Notes: generated by a model from the sequence alone, not told the origin. 64,000 nt of DNA from Octopus sinensis (GCF_006345805.1 NC_042999.1:144212001-144276000); one strand, 5' to 3'; positions 27,304-40,864 are shown, counted from the first letter of the stretch. Numbers and translations are program-made.

Positions 27304-27687
27304 CTAGCAGTATCGCCCGGCGTTGCTCAGGTTTGTAAGGGAAATAACTATAAAGCATTTTTAGAGAGTTATAGCCAAAAAATAGCAAAAAAATGGAAAA
27401 AAAATGATGGTAAATTTTTTTTGAGAGTTAAAAAAGGTGGAGTTGCGTCCCCTAGACGGTCTGTGGTTTGGGTTTCTGATTCTCGACCCCATGTCGAATT
27501 TATCGATTTTTTTCAGAACTGGGGGAACTTTTCAAAATTTTCGCTGCGTTAGTTTTGAATTATGACATTGGGCTATGTGTGTGTCAAGTTTCATCAGAAT
27601 CGGTTGAAAGCCGTGGTCAGAGTGAGGGTACGAGAAAACAGACACACAGAAAACGCACAGACAAACTGCCGTTTATATAGAGAGAGA
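27304..27687 (-). mobile_element. complete non-autonomous Helitron
   Basis: The minus strand begins A|TCTCTCTCTATATAAACGG and ends GAGCAACGCCGGGCGATACTG-CTAG|T. These are canonical TC...CTAG termini in an AT target with no TSD. Confidence 0.88.
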
Positions 27688-27699
27688 TATTCATATTTG

Positions 27700-29477
27700 G
27701 TTATTGAACGGAAGAAATCAGTCCCCCAGACCTAAAACTTGTGCATCAGTGATCTCACTATCACAAGGAATGCTTCAAGCATCTAGACATTGATGAAAAT
27801 ATATCATACGAAGGTTTTGTGAATAAAGATAGAGTAATCCGAGAATATTGTGCAAGGATTAGGAAAATATAGCAGTCGGAATTCTCCTCTTACAAGAAGA
27901 CAATATTCCACAATGTATTTTCAGTACCAGTGCGGATTCCAACATTTGGGATATTTGACTGGTCTGTAAAAGAAATCCACTGCATAGTCGTTAAAACCCG
28001 CAAGATACATTAACTGAAAAGCTCCACAAGAATATTATCGACAGACTCTACCGAAGAGGGCCAGTGCAGACAGTCTTCGAATACCATATAGTCTATCTCA
28101 GACAGCATTTGCTATACAACAGCAGCAAAAACAAATACATTAACTTGGTGCTGAAAAGTAAAGAGAACAATATCCTATGTGTCGGAAGCGAGCTCGTCAG
28201 GAAGCACTTTCTTCCTGATGATCTCCCATACAACCCCAAAACAACTGGATTAACATACCACAAAGAAGACCTGAATGTGAAACGTTTGGCATACTAAAAC
28301 AAGATTATGCATGGGTGTGCTTCCCGAAAACTTGAAGAAGACAGTATTATTGACATGAAGCAAAGCCTCTCTTGGACTCAGGACCACTACATTACATCAC
28401 ACTTTTAAATGTTATGCATTTGCAATCCAAGAACAGGAGATTGCTGCTAAATACCTAATCAACAAAAGAGACAGTGAAGCCCTTGGCGTTCCAAGATGCA
28501 ACTAAAAATATAGATTATGTTATATTTCTGTGGAAGACATCACACATGTGATTAGCAGCTACGCAAAAAAGTCATCAAGGTGCTACCTTTTCTATGCGAC
28601 ACGACGTTGTCGCAAAAACAATTTACAATTTCATTCGGGGAAAAAAGAATGTCCTAAAATAAATATAGAGCATCCATTTATTTTGTAAACGTACACAAAT
28701 ATCAACACAAGGAATACGTTTTTTTATCTTTTAGTTTTCAGGTATTTATTCTATCAATCCTTTTTGCCGAACCACTAAGTTACGGGGACATAAACACACC
28801 AACACCGGTTGTCAAGCGGTGATGGGGACACAAACACAGACATAAAGACACACACACATATACATAGATACATAGTTTCCATCTATCAAATCCGCTCACA
28901 AGGCTTTGGCCGGTTCGAGGCTATAGCAAAAGACACTTGCTCAACGTGCCACGCAATGGGATTGAACCCGAAACCATGTGGTTGGAAAGCAAACTTCTTG
29001 CCACAGAGCCACACCCGTGTGGAACATTACCATCAAGTCATATGTCAAGTGTAACCATAAAAGACCGGATATTGTTGTTTAAAACAGACAAGAAAAAATA
29101 TGTATCGTCATAGAGGTCATTTGTTCTGCTGATGTGAATATCTCTTTGAAAAACCAAGAGAGAAAGGAAAACTATGAACACTTGCTTCAAATCTTCTAGC
29201 TTCTATTTCCAGATTACAAAAAAACATTTATACCAATCATAATCAGTGCACCAGGTTTAGTAGAGTCGAGATAAGCTTGGATTTTCAGAGGAAAAAAAAT
29301 CAACCGAGTCGCACATTACAAATATCTGTAAGTGGAAGAGTAAAAATAAGCAAGACTTTTATCAGGTTTAAAATGTGACATTGTTTTCGCTATCTACATT
29401 CCAACGATGGAGATTATTTCTGCTAGAAGCCAGCTCCTTCCTCAAGGAAGAATTTGAATAATTAAAAAGAGACGAGA
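27700..29477 (+). mobile_element. degenerate R4/Dong-like RLE LINE, interrupted by a SINE
   Basis: KIMHG..IDMKQSLSW..YAFAIQEQEIAAKYL..RLC..EDITHVIS..MRHDVVAK, and after the SINE, HKRPDIVV..IVIEVICSAD..IPIII. It ends at (TACA)n. Confidence 0.82.
28718..29017 (-). mobile_element. tRNA-derived SINE (same family as 10888-11249) nested in the RLE LINE
   Basis: Minus-strand GTGGCTCTGTGG..GGGTTCAATCCC (A/B boxes) and the shared body. Confidence 0.85.
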
Positions 29478-29526
29478 TACATACATACATACATACATAC
29501 ATACATACATACATACATACATACAT

Positions 29527-30557
29527 CTTGAGAAATTAGGCTTCTCAAAACCATACATACGTGTCGAAGTGTATCCCTTGACCAAGTTTGCATACATGAG
29601 GCTGATAACACCATAAGACTTGGAAGGCAGCTCCTTGCCTGATAACCTAGAATACATGCCTAAAGAAGTTGCACGACTCTAACCGCAACATATCATCAGA
29701 TGAAAGGACGAACCTATATGAGTAGAGGACTATGCATGGAAATGTTACTAGAAAGCTTCGTGATGATAGTAACATCGATCATCAAAGCAGTTTATCATGG
29801 ACGAATAGCCGGATTATTACTTCCTACTTTGAAGGGTATGCATTTGCAATCCAGGAACAGGAAATATCAACCAAGTACCTGATACACAAAAGGGATAGAG
29901 ATTCAGGTAAAGCCGTAAAGAGTGACAACCGATGCAGACTTTGTAGAGTTCACACTGAAGATATCACCCACATCATAAGCAGTTGTTCGAAAATGTAATC
30001 ACTGTTTATCTACCGATGAGACATGATGTAGCTAGGACACTCTATAATGAAATCCGTCGGAAGGATAATCCCGAGGACAAAGAAATAAGAAACTCACAAT
30101 ATGGTAGAAGCTATAGCCACTCATAATAAATAGGAATACTGGTGGAATATACCAGCAAAGACCTCAATAAAATGTCAGCACAACAGACCTGATATGATGA
30201 TTTGGGATAGAGAAGAGAAACTGTGCACAGTTGTGGAAATTATCTGCCCAGCGGATGTTAACATAAAGCTGAATATCAGGGAAAAAGAGAACACCTACGC
30301 TGAAGTATTGAGAAATCTGCAGTTACTTTATCCAGTTCAGGTTTATACCTGTAATTATTGGAGCCCTAGGATATGTAACACACTGCCTAAATACCAATCT
30401 TGAGAAATTAGGCTTCTCATAGCCAGAAAAGAGAAAGCTAATCTGAAGACAACAGATCCAATCCATCACTGGAACTATAAAAATCTGTAAGACTTTCCAG
30501 AAGTTTATCATTTAAATATATAGGAACATGTCTAGATATGCAACTATATACATGAGA
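29527..30557 (+). mobile_element. second 5'-truncated R4/Dong-like RLE LINE between (TACA)n tracts
   Basis: MHGNVTR..FEGYAFAIQEQEISTKYL..CRLCRVHTEDITHIISSC..MRHDVA..HNRPDMMIWDREEKLCTVVEIICPAD..IPVIIGALG shows the CCHC, RHD and PD-(D/E) endonuclease motifs. Confidence 0.9.
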
Positions 30558-30648
30558 ATACATACATACATACATACATACATACATACATACATACATA
30601 CATACATACATACATACATACATACATACATACATACATACATACATA
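30558..30648. repeat. (TACA)n microsatellite
   Basis: Directly visible. Confidence 0.97.
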
Positions 30649-31374
30649 CGAGTAGGAATCCAAACTGCCGCGGAAGTAGTAAAATTTTATCATGTATAGC
30701 TTTTTTCAAGTCCTTTCGTAGGAAGAACTACACGAAAACAAAACCTTTATTGCCAACCATACCAGTTAATTATTTATATAACTCGCGAATGTCATAAATT
30801 ATATGTGCATATATCATTATTCATACACATTATAATTACTTTTAAACTTTCGTCCCTTCCCATACACACGTGTACGTATGTGTATGTGTGTGTTAGAGAC
30901 ATCTATAAAACACTTACTTTCACAAACAAAATACATAGTATATGTGTATGTATGTATGTATGTATGTATGTATGTATGTATGTATGTATGTATGTATGCA
31001 TGTATGTATTTGTATATCGATGTATTTGTATATCGTGTACATGGTGATAACACTCACCATGTACACGATCATAAATAAATAAGTAAACACATAATGTATA
31101 CACGTACGTATATAATATGTGTGTGCATACATATATATAGATATATCTGTACACATATATATACAGGTAGATAGATTGAGGGAGAAAGAGGGGGAGGGAA
31201 AGATGCACATTTACAATTATATATATATATATGTGTATTATTATATAAACACTTGTATATGTATATATAAATATGTGCGCATACATACATATAAATATAC
31301 TACAAATGGTTGTATATGTGTGTGCATGTGTACGCATACATACACAAACGCACACATACACAGGCACACACACA

Positions 31375-31405
<31 letters not shown>

Positions 31406-31800
31406 CACACACACACACACACACACAGAACAATTATGGTAATAATGTGAAGTTATGCTATATTTCTGACAAGTTTAAGTGTGTGAATGGCCATAAATTT
31501 CCTGTAGAATTCGTGTGTGAGCAATCATTTTTAGCAATAATTACTAGCGCCGTTATACTACTTTCGCTGACGCTAACGGCAACAGAAACAATTCATAATT
31601 TCTTTTCTCTTTTATACATAATACCATTTCGCCATGATTTTTATTTTACTTTGTTCATTTATGTACTTTGTATTCCTCTTTAATCTTGTATCACACTTTA
31701 AATAATTACTTAATGCAAATTGAAGTATATCGAGATAACTTCCACCACGACTTCGATTATCACATACATCTAAAAACATCAATTAAATTAACATTCAGAA

Positions 31801-31845
<45 letters not shown>

Positions 31846-31897
31846 TACATACATACATACATACATACATACATACATACATACATACATACATACG

Positions 31898-31962
<65 letters not shown>

Positions 31963-31974
31963 TTATTTATATAT

Positions 31975-32700
31975 GTATAATACAAAATGGGACAAGAATG
32001 CAAAATATCCGGACAACTAGGTGATACAAAAAGGGACAACAAAACATCCAGATATACGATACAAAAAAAAAGAAGGATGGGTCATTCGAAGCTTTCTATC
32101 CTCAGTCAAGAACCGGATCATCCTCGCAATTTCGGCCGATTAATCTTGAGATTGCTCCAATCTGGCCAACCCCAAGAAAAAACTAAGCTAAGAGCATTAG
32201 ATTATTTGGAAGAAAGCATCGAATGTATACGAAAACAAGGACGAAAAAACAGACGATGTTACACAAATATAAATACAAAATACAATAAAAATAATAATAA
32301 CAGGACATAACAACAGGTGTCTTTCGACTGGTGACGAATTGAATTCAACTGGTGTGTGTGGAAATGAAGCCTTACGGCGGAGATACAAAACTTTCACAAA
32401 CACAGGGAAGCATATCGATGTTTCACTGACCACGGTCAGACGCAAAAAGAGGGCTAGCAGTTTGGCCTATCGGTCACGTAGGAAGAGAGGAGAAAGAAAA
32501 AGAGGAACAAAAGAATTAAGGAGGGGGAAGAGAAGAGAGAGAGAGAGCTGTAGAAGCAGATGGACAGGGACATAGTGAAGTGAAAAGTGAGTAAGAAAAG
32601 AAGGCAAAGAAATGGGAGAGAGGGGAAAAGAAAGAACGAAGAGTGGAATGAACGAATAAGCATGAAAAGGTTGATAGAATCGTACAAAATTTAGTATACA
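31975..32700 (-). mobile_element. probable Penelope-like pLTR/UTR fragment
   Basis: Starts at a (TA)n tract. The minus strand has hammerhead-like remnants CTGAGGATAGAAAGCTTC (about 32088-32106) and CTGACCGTGGTCAGTGAAACATCG (about 32417-32440). Confidence 0.4.
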
Positions 32701-35093
32701 AAACAAATCATCATCAAATTTCGTACCGTTTGGAGAAATTTTACTTTCTTGAATGTTTTGGTTTTTCTGTTTACACGTCAATTTGTGTAACCACACGCTA
32801 TAATCGTTATCTACTGTCCTCGATCTTTTTGTCAAACCTTTGTGGATAATCAAGAAATCTTATTCATTCTTATCGTTCTTCTTGTTTTATTACTTCAACA
32901 TTAGATAAATTAACTATTTATGCGAATGTCGTAACTTTTGAAGGATTTAATTTCTATTTTTTGCATTTTCATGGCTACTGATGACACACTAAAATCAAGC
33001 TGCGGTTTCTGTAGAAACTTTCACTAAAATTCCCCCCTCTCTCTCTCTTTCTCTTTCTCTCTACCATTTATCTAAATACTTCTGCCTCCCTCTTTCTCTC
33101 CTAAAAAACCAAAGTGTATATCTTCCCAACTCTCAAATATTGGTTTCTTACATATGTACAACGCCAATTTCTATAAGAAAGCCAGTACACTCAATAGAAA
33201 AAATCAGTTTCATTATATTGCTAATACTAAATTCGAATAACCTCTGCATGAGTTGCTTTTCGATCCTCCAGTACTAGCAATCATATTTCCCTTAATACTC
33301 ATCTGAATCAAAAGAAAAAGAAAAGTGGAAAGACACTGAATAACATAATCCTACAAACATTATGTTTGATGAGATGTTTATATGCGAAACGTCTTTGTTT
33401 TTGCGTTTCCTTCTGCAGTCAACGATTTAATGCAAAAATTTGGTTGTGACTATGGCCTGGTAGGGTTGAGAGTTTGGTAATAAAGTATTTTAAACATGTC
33501 TTACTGCGCAATATCAATGAGAAACTTTCAGTATCTGCAGCACATGTCAATGGCCTTAATAAGAATACATAAGAAATTTATGAATCCATAGAACTACGGA
33601 GAAGGCTAATCAAACGCAAGAAGCACACATGGAATATTTGTGGTAACTGTAATGTATCATTGCTTCTAGGCTTACAGTTGGTCTATTAAAAGCATATGCA
33701 CATTTTACGTCAATAAAATAGCATAAATGATAAGAATCACCAAAAAGCATGACTGACTGTCATTGGTGAATATAATGAGTTGCACTAGTTTATCGTTTGA
33801 AAATATATTTTCTACCACTTCACATCAAACTGGACCTCATGAAAAACTTTGCTAAGAGGATGAATCGTCAATATTCAATATCTAATGGACAAATTCAATG
33901 GAATACTGACAGATGCAAAGTTAGAAATGGGAGATTTTACTTAACCACATATCCGTAGTATCATATGTGACTCATCATTTGCCACTAATCTAAAGGAGAA
34001 GGGACTAAAGGCGCAGGTATCTTTTGTTCGAATTATTTTTTAATTTCTCGAAATCACAGAACCGAAAACTACCTTGAACTCATGAGATATTTCCTAAAAT
34101 ACATATTTACATTGTCACCTGATCGGCACTTTGCGTCACTATGGAAAGAAAATATGAAGGGAACGTCAACTGAATTATGATGGGTAATTATTGTTGGGCA
34201 ATATGATAATGGCAGGCGACTCTGAAAAGACTGCAAAGAAATTTGTCTTGTATGATTTGTTGTATATGCCAAACTAGCTCTCTATGGAGAATCCGATTCT
34301 GAAAAAAATTTTTGAAAAGACGCAAATTCAAATTTCATTCTTCATTTTTCACCTTTTCCGGATTTTTTTTTTTTTTTTTTGCAAAACATGCAGAAAAATA
34401 CGAAGGCAAAAAGAAAAAACAAATTACCCCCAACCCCTCCGCTCCCAATTCTACGGCCTTGGCCTTCAAACAGGGTATCCACATGCTAGAAATAACAGCC
34501 AAATCTCACAAAACTGCGATAACATAATGAAAGCAATATGTAATCAATCTACTCGCCTTTCTGCCAAGATTTCTTTCAGAGAAATTTCCCGCAGTAATAT
34601 GAAAAAGTAATTCATGTGAAATTAAAGTGTTCACTTTTTTTTTCTTTTTGAGAGTTGAAAAAGGTATGAGTGCAGAAATAAAAGCTACCTCTTTTGGAAA
34701 AAGAAAAGTAAAAATAGAAAAGCAATACTGTCACAAAGTGAAATTAAAGAGAATCATTTGACCAACGCAAAACATCGTGTTTGTGGAACTGAAAATGAGT
34801 AGATTTTTCCTCCCTCTTCTCACTCCGTTTTTCCCTTTCCTCAAATCCTTCATTCTCTCCTCTCTCTCTCTTCTTCACACTGTCTCTCTTTCCCTTCCTC
34901 TCCTCTCCCTCCCTCTGTCTCGCTATCGCTCCATACCCCTTTTCTCTTTCTTCATATCACCTTCTCTCTCTTTCCTTCATATCTCCCTCTCTTTTTCCTG
35001 CTCCCTCCCTCTGTCTTTCTTCCTCTCTACCTCCCTCTGTCTCTCTCACTTTCTCTTTATCATTCCTTCCCCCTCTGGGCTAAGAAAACGAAG

Positions 35094-35393
35094 ATGGCGC
35101 CAAAGTGGAAGAAGAAAGAATTGAATCTACTGTTGCGAGCATGGGCGATTGCTAGCGGCGATCCACCAAACAACATCATTACTGCTGCACTGAAGAACAA
35201 TGGCTTCTGTAGAACCATTGATCAGATAGAGCGGAAGATAAATGAATTCATCCGATCCTATGCCCTTATCAGACCACACAGTGACACTCTTGATGTCATC
35301 ATGGAAGACTACTGTGGCGAAGCTGATAAGGATAAGGAAAACGAAACAAAAACCAGAAGTCTCTTTGATCCAGTGGCTCCCCCACCCCTGTGA
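35094..35393 (+). CDS. small ORF with a Myb/SANT-like (trihelix) domain, probably TE-derived
   Basis: MAPKWKKKELNLLLRAW..IITAALKNNGFCRTIDQIERKINEFIRSY fits the W-x3-E-x3-LL..W..I...L...G(F/Y).RT..Q...K pattern. The start context AAGATGG is strong and follows a CT-rich leader. Confidence 0.5.
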   Translation: MAPKWKKKELNLLLRAWAIASGDPPNNIITAALKNNGFCRTIDQIERKINEFIRSYALIRPHSDTLDVIMEDYCGEADKDKENETKTRSLFDPVAPPPL

Positions 35394-35679
35394 ACGACCA
35401 GGCTGATAATGATAAGGAAGCTAAGGAAGCAACAACCAGAAGTCCCTCTGTGTCAGTGGTCCTACAAAGAACGGAATCCTCACCTCACTGGACAACAAGA
35501 GGAATGCAAATCCTACCACAAGAAAAGGAAGGAAAGAACACGAGCACAAACATAAAGGAGGAAAAGGGAAAAAATTAAATAACTAAAACCGAAACCACCA
35601 AACAAAAAACAGAAAACTCAAGTATGGAGGCCCCAATAGAATCCAAAATTCTAGAGGAGGGAAAAAATTTGGAGCGTAC

Positions 35680-38600
35680 TCAAGCTTTCAGTTGTTCCAG
35701 ATTGACCACAGCCCACCCTCTCTACGATATATCACATGAGATGGATGCTGTCGTTGGTAGATCTGCCTGAGATCACACAGATTTGCACTTTCCCAACCAT
35801 ACTACCGACAAGTGCAAACTTTTGCAATAACTTTGTCCATGATTTTATAACAGAATTAAGGGCTAGAATTTATCAGCAATGCTCCTTTATTTGTATCCAT
35901 TTTCGGCAGTACTACCACTTTCTGCTTCAAAAAAAGTGAACATTTTCCCGTTCTTGATACAATTGTAATAGAAATTTGCCAGAGGGACAGCAAACAAGTT
36001 TGGCATGCAATACAACCTATCTTAACCAGGCAATGTTAGTGGCTTTCCATAGCAGTCACCGCCCTCTGTCAAAAATCACAGCACGCCTGATAAGCACTAA
36101 ATTCACTACCTTTCCGATCCACCGATTGCTTAAACAAGTGAGTGAAGTGCTGCTAGAAAGCAGCACGAATCTACTTGGAATAGAGTAGAACGCGCCCTTT
36201 CCAACCCATCAAAATGTCACTTTCTTTCTACATTGTACCACTACTTCCTGGGCCCATTGGATGGCTTTCATTCATATGTGTCTGTAAGCAAAGGTTTCAG
36301 CTGACAACGCAACCTTGATGTTTCACCGTGAAGAAATGATAGAGGACTATTCTCTTTGCTAACACTGTGGTCGTAATATCTTAGCTAATCGCCTTTTTTA
36401 AATTTACAACACTGTTTTTGATGTCTCCATATATTAATCATGCTTGAATTGTCCTCTCCAAAGCGTTCCACCGGTTGTTGAGTATTGGTACCCAACGTCA
36501 ACGGCCACTTAAATAATTCACCAATCCGATCGCTGCAAGCTATGCATGCAGGTAATAACATGCTCATTTTTCAAAACCAAGTTCCTGTCCACGCTTTCTA
36601 TCTAGGTCGGCTATACAGGTTACAAATTTGAGGTCAATGAAGCCGAGTGATTAAAAATGCTGACTTCCTATTTTGTATCTATCATGTAACCTAACAAATA
36701 CTTAATCTAGACTCGAATTACGTTACTCAGTGCGATTTCTCCAGGTCGATACTGAGGCATTCGATAAATGCACTTGACATTTACCAGATAGTTGAAACTC
36801 TTTAAGAAAGCTACCAGTCTGAAGTACTATTATTGCTGCCTTTCGTGTATAACACCACCAACTTTTCGTCCACGTCCAAACCTTTCTGCGACTATACTAC
36901 CACCCCACCGCCTGATCCGTACCGACCATAAAATGTGTGTACTTCCTAGATGTGAAAGATGGATACGGATGCATTCTGGAAATTCTGCTTTCGCTACTTG
37001 CTAATACACTAGTGACCTGAAGTCGTTTAGTAAGTGACCTTGCTTCCAAGATGATTCCAAGGCCAAGCACATTGATGCATCCTACTCTTAGTACAGCCAT
37101 GATGATTAGAAAAATAAATGATAGAGGATACTTACCTTGGTCTTGGGGAAGGATTGGTAATCCAGTTATCACGACAAGAAGGGGTTCCTTGAAAGACCCT
37201 ATAAAACATTCTTACCTGCTCTCTCCTAGAACATTCCTAAAGAGCCAAGGATTTATTTACTGAGGTTTCAATATATTCCCTTTGATGTTCTCAATAGTAT
37301 TCTATTCAGCAGTGCCCAAGAAATTAGCTTCATCAAAACCCTCTTCCTTTGTGTTTTTTGTTGTTATTGTGGTGTAAGTCGCAGTGATGGGTAGATGGTC
37401 GATGGGCTGAGCTTGGGGCGGTCACTTTTCTTTTTGTTCCTAAACCCGACTATAAAGACCTCTTTTAATGGGCTTGTCTCGACTTGTCACACGACAAGGT
37501 CTCACAAGTAGAGGAAAGCGGTGTGTGGATCGTTCCCTCTACATCATGCTTCTGCGATCCTAGAGATTTTATGTAACTGTAGGGGCGAGGATTCTTTTGA
37601 TTGTGGTCATGGTGACGTAAAGGTTCTTCAAACCTGCGACTGCTTTCTGTCGCTGTTAATGTTTTTACTTAATGAGATGTTCTATTTGTTGCTATTATTA
37701 GCGCTACTATTTTTGTTGTAGTTGCTATTGTTGCTGTCGTTTTTGCTATTGCTGCTGTTGCTTTTGCTGTAGCTGATGGTTACTGTTGGTATCGTTGTTG
37801 TTGTTCTGCTGCTGCTGTTGTTGTGAATTTGGTGCTGACCACAGGGCAAGTTTTACTTTTGTTGCCTTCTGTTATGAGCAGAAGGAAGTTGGTGACACTT
37901 GAGCTGTCTACCTTTCACCACAACATATGGTTAAGTGCCGTCAAGAAGGTCTATTTTTAATCCGGAGTCTTGCCATAGTTTTTTAGGTTGTATCTGCAAC
38001 AGGGCTTCTACTCAATTTCAATCCAATATTCATAGCACTGTTTTCTTATAGCAGTATTTTTTCGATTCTTTCTTCTTCCTCAAGGACAATTTATACAACC
38101 GTCTTTTAGATAGTCAATCTTGATGGCACATCTAACACCTTCACCTACTCATGTATGCAAGTATGAAGGCAAATCCTCACTCTACACAGAACAATGGAAG
38201 GCTTCAAAGGGTGAGGTTTCGAGAAAAATCACACCTCTATCATTCTATAACATACGATTAAACGAAGTCAATAACAATCCATATTCCTTTCTGGCACTCC
38301 TTTACACCAAGGCACTTAACCACCATGAACCAATGAATTAGTTCTGACCATTTTCTCCAAAAGCTCTGGGACCATGACCAATGCTGCCCTCCTACCGTAT
38401 TTCCAGATGAGCTTTAGAGCCATTCTTGGACCTGCTACTTTTTCCTCTAATCATTTTTTATGGATTTTGCAGCCAATCTTTACAACACTCTTCTGGCTAT
38501 TGTTTATGCTGCTGTTGTCACGGTTCTGGTGGCCACAATGAATGCAGTGACAGGGGTGCAAGAAATGGAGAAAATATTGCTTCTCTATTTGGAGAAGTGT

Positions 38601-39130
38601 ATTTGGCCGACACGATGGATTGGATAATCGTCATCGTCGTCGTGGCACCATTTTCTGCTGCTTCTGCAGCCTTATTTTAAAAATTGTTGGTGATGTTATT
38701 TTTCTTTCCTTCTTGACATTCAGTGCTATTTTTGTCGCTGTCGCAGCAGCTTTCTTTTGTGATTGGTAGAGCTCGTAAGTCATTTTCATTAAAAATACTG
38801 AAATAGTTGTAGAAGTAGGTGGTCTTACCATTTCTGACATTGCTGTTATTACGTTTTTTTTGTTCTTAGATCTTCCTCCATCCTCAGTGTTGTTATTTAC
38901 AGTGTGCTGCTCGTCGACTCACTACTGTTTTTGCTACAGCATTTCAACTGGTTTAGACTCACAACAGATAAATATCTACTGTAAAATTTCTTCAAAAAAT
39001 TTAGGACGAAATCATCTTTTTGCTCCAGCTAGTAAAACTTTCAAAACAAGCGGCAGCCTCAGTACTACCGGTGCAATGGCTATTGTTGCCACTTCCCACC
39101 GCTCCTCCTCACTCAAATGTTAAACTAGTT
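35680..39130 (-). mobile_element. highly degraded Tx1/L1 LINE (ORF1, APE endonuclease, N-terminal RT)
   Basis: The minus strand reads MAVLRVGCINVLGLG (APE start, about 37097), a GxGxWK-like motif (about 36580), F*PLILL and VNLEQLKA (RT RPI.LL and LDQ.KAFD motifs, about 35690-35870), and VVVKGRQLKC (ORF1 knuckle, about 37900). Confidence 0.72.
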
Positions 39131-39319
39131 AACATTCTTATTTGTTTGCTGGCTAATGATGATGAGAAAAGAAAGCTTTTGAAACCTCCTTTTCATGAGA
39201 ATACCTTAGACAGTGTTATCAAAGTAACTTCAAAACAAATATAGTGAGAACTAAAGGAGTCAAATTCAGAGTCTAGCATGATTTGATCCGCCATACAAAC
39301 AAACTCTGTTCAGCATACC

Positions 39320-39700
39320 ACTATAGGCACAAGGCTTAAAATTTTTGGAGGGAAAGTGTAATCGATCTCACCGACCTCATTGCTCAACTGGTACTAATTT
39401 TATTAAAGGATGAAAAATAAAGCCGATCTCAGTGGAATTTCAACCCAAAATATAAAGACGGACGAAATGCCGCTAAGCATTTTGTCTGGCAATCTAACGA
39501 TTCTGCTAGCTTGCCATCTTTCTACAATAGGCACAAGGCCTGAAATTTAGGGGGCGTCAGTGATCAAATGGTACTTATTTTATACAACTCGAGATGAAAG
39601 ACGAAGTTGATGTCTGGGGAATTTGAGCTCCGAGTGTTAAGAACCGGAAAAAATGCCGCTGAACATTTTACTCGACTCGCTATTTTATCAATCCACCACC
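39320..39700 (-). mobile_element. two tandem tRNA-SINE copies (25787 family)
   Basis: Two successive ATAGGCACAAGG..GGAATTT..GCCGCT units. Confidence 0.8.
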
Positions 39701-39786
39701 AGTATCCTAAATATGATAATAGTATTAGAAAAAAGGATATAATTAGTCATATAGAAAATATTTTACATGGATAATTTAAAAGAACA

Positions 39787-40085
39787 ATGTGTGGTACTTT
39801 GGCCAAGTGTCTTCTACTGCAGCCCCGGACCGACCAAAGCCTTGTGAGTGGATCTGGTAGAAGGGGGAAACAAAACTCGGCAGTTTGTATTTCCCCTCGT
39901 CTTCACTTATGTTTGCTGGTCGTGAACAATAACCTCGCTAACAGTGTTGGACGGTGTCACTCGCTTGCAATTCACTTGCGAAAGCATGTCCAAGCTGTTT
40001 AATGCTCAATAGACAAGGAAATCATTACCTTGCAAAGAAACAGATAGAGGTTAGCGGCAGCAAGGACATTCGGCTGTAGAAAACT
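39787..40085 (+). mobile_element. SINE fragment (10888 family)
   Basis: GGCCAAGTGTCTTCTAC..CCGACCAAAGCCTTGTGAGTGGAT body. Confidence 0.7.
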
Positions 40086-40824
40086 CTACCCAAACCTATT
40101 CTTGTCAGAAAAGTAGTTGTTGATGATGATGATGATGAAAGTTGAAATCTTATGGTGGCTCACTCCACGGACAAATAAACGCAGTGTAACTAAAGCGATT
40201 AAACCATCATAATAAAAAAAAAAGATTTTAAATTTGTAGGATGTGAATATAGTTGATATAATAAAAGGCAACACATAATTAATACTTACTTTATAAACAC
40301 TGAAAATAATAACAACAACGATAATAGAAAAGCAATTCACTTCTAAATATTTATTTAATCACATACCTTTTTCCGTACCGTGTATATATATATATATATA
40401 TATATATGCTCATGCACATGAGCAAAATCTTTAATTAAGTCCAGTCAAACCCAAACTGTCAGGGACTGCAAAATGCAGAGGTTAAAATGTCATAACTATT
40501 GATCCACAACGTATGTTGGTCATTTTGTTAAAAAATATTACACTTCATGATTATTCAGAATAAAGCAGTCAAATTCAGAGTCTAGCATGATTTCATCCAC
40601 CATGCAAACAAACTCTGTCCAGCATATCACATTAATATTTCAGTTTGTGGAGAGGGGGAAAAAGGGTCAAGGGAAACAAAACTTTATTGTTTTCAATTCT
40701 TACCAAAAACTCCAAATCATCCAAAATGCATATTTCAGAGATTATATTTTCTTTTTTTCTTTCTGATTTTGTTCATTTTTTTCTTTTTTGGCAGGGTGTG
40801 GTGTCATTTTGTTTACATATGTTC

Positions 40825-40864
<40 letters not shown>

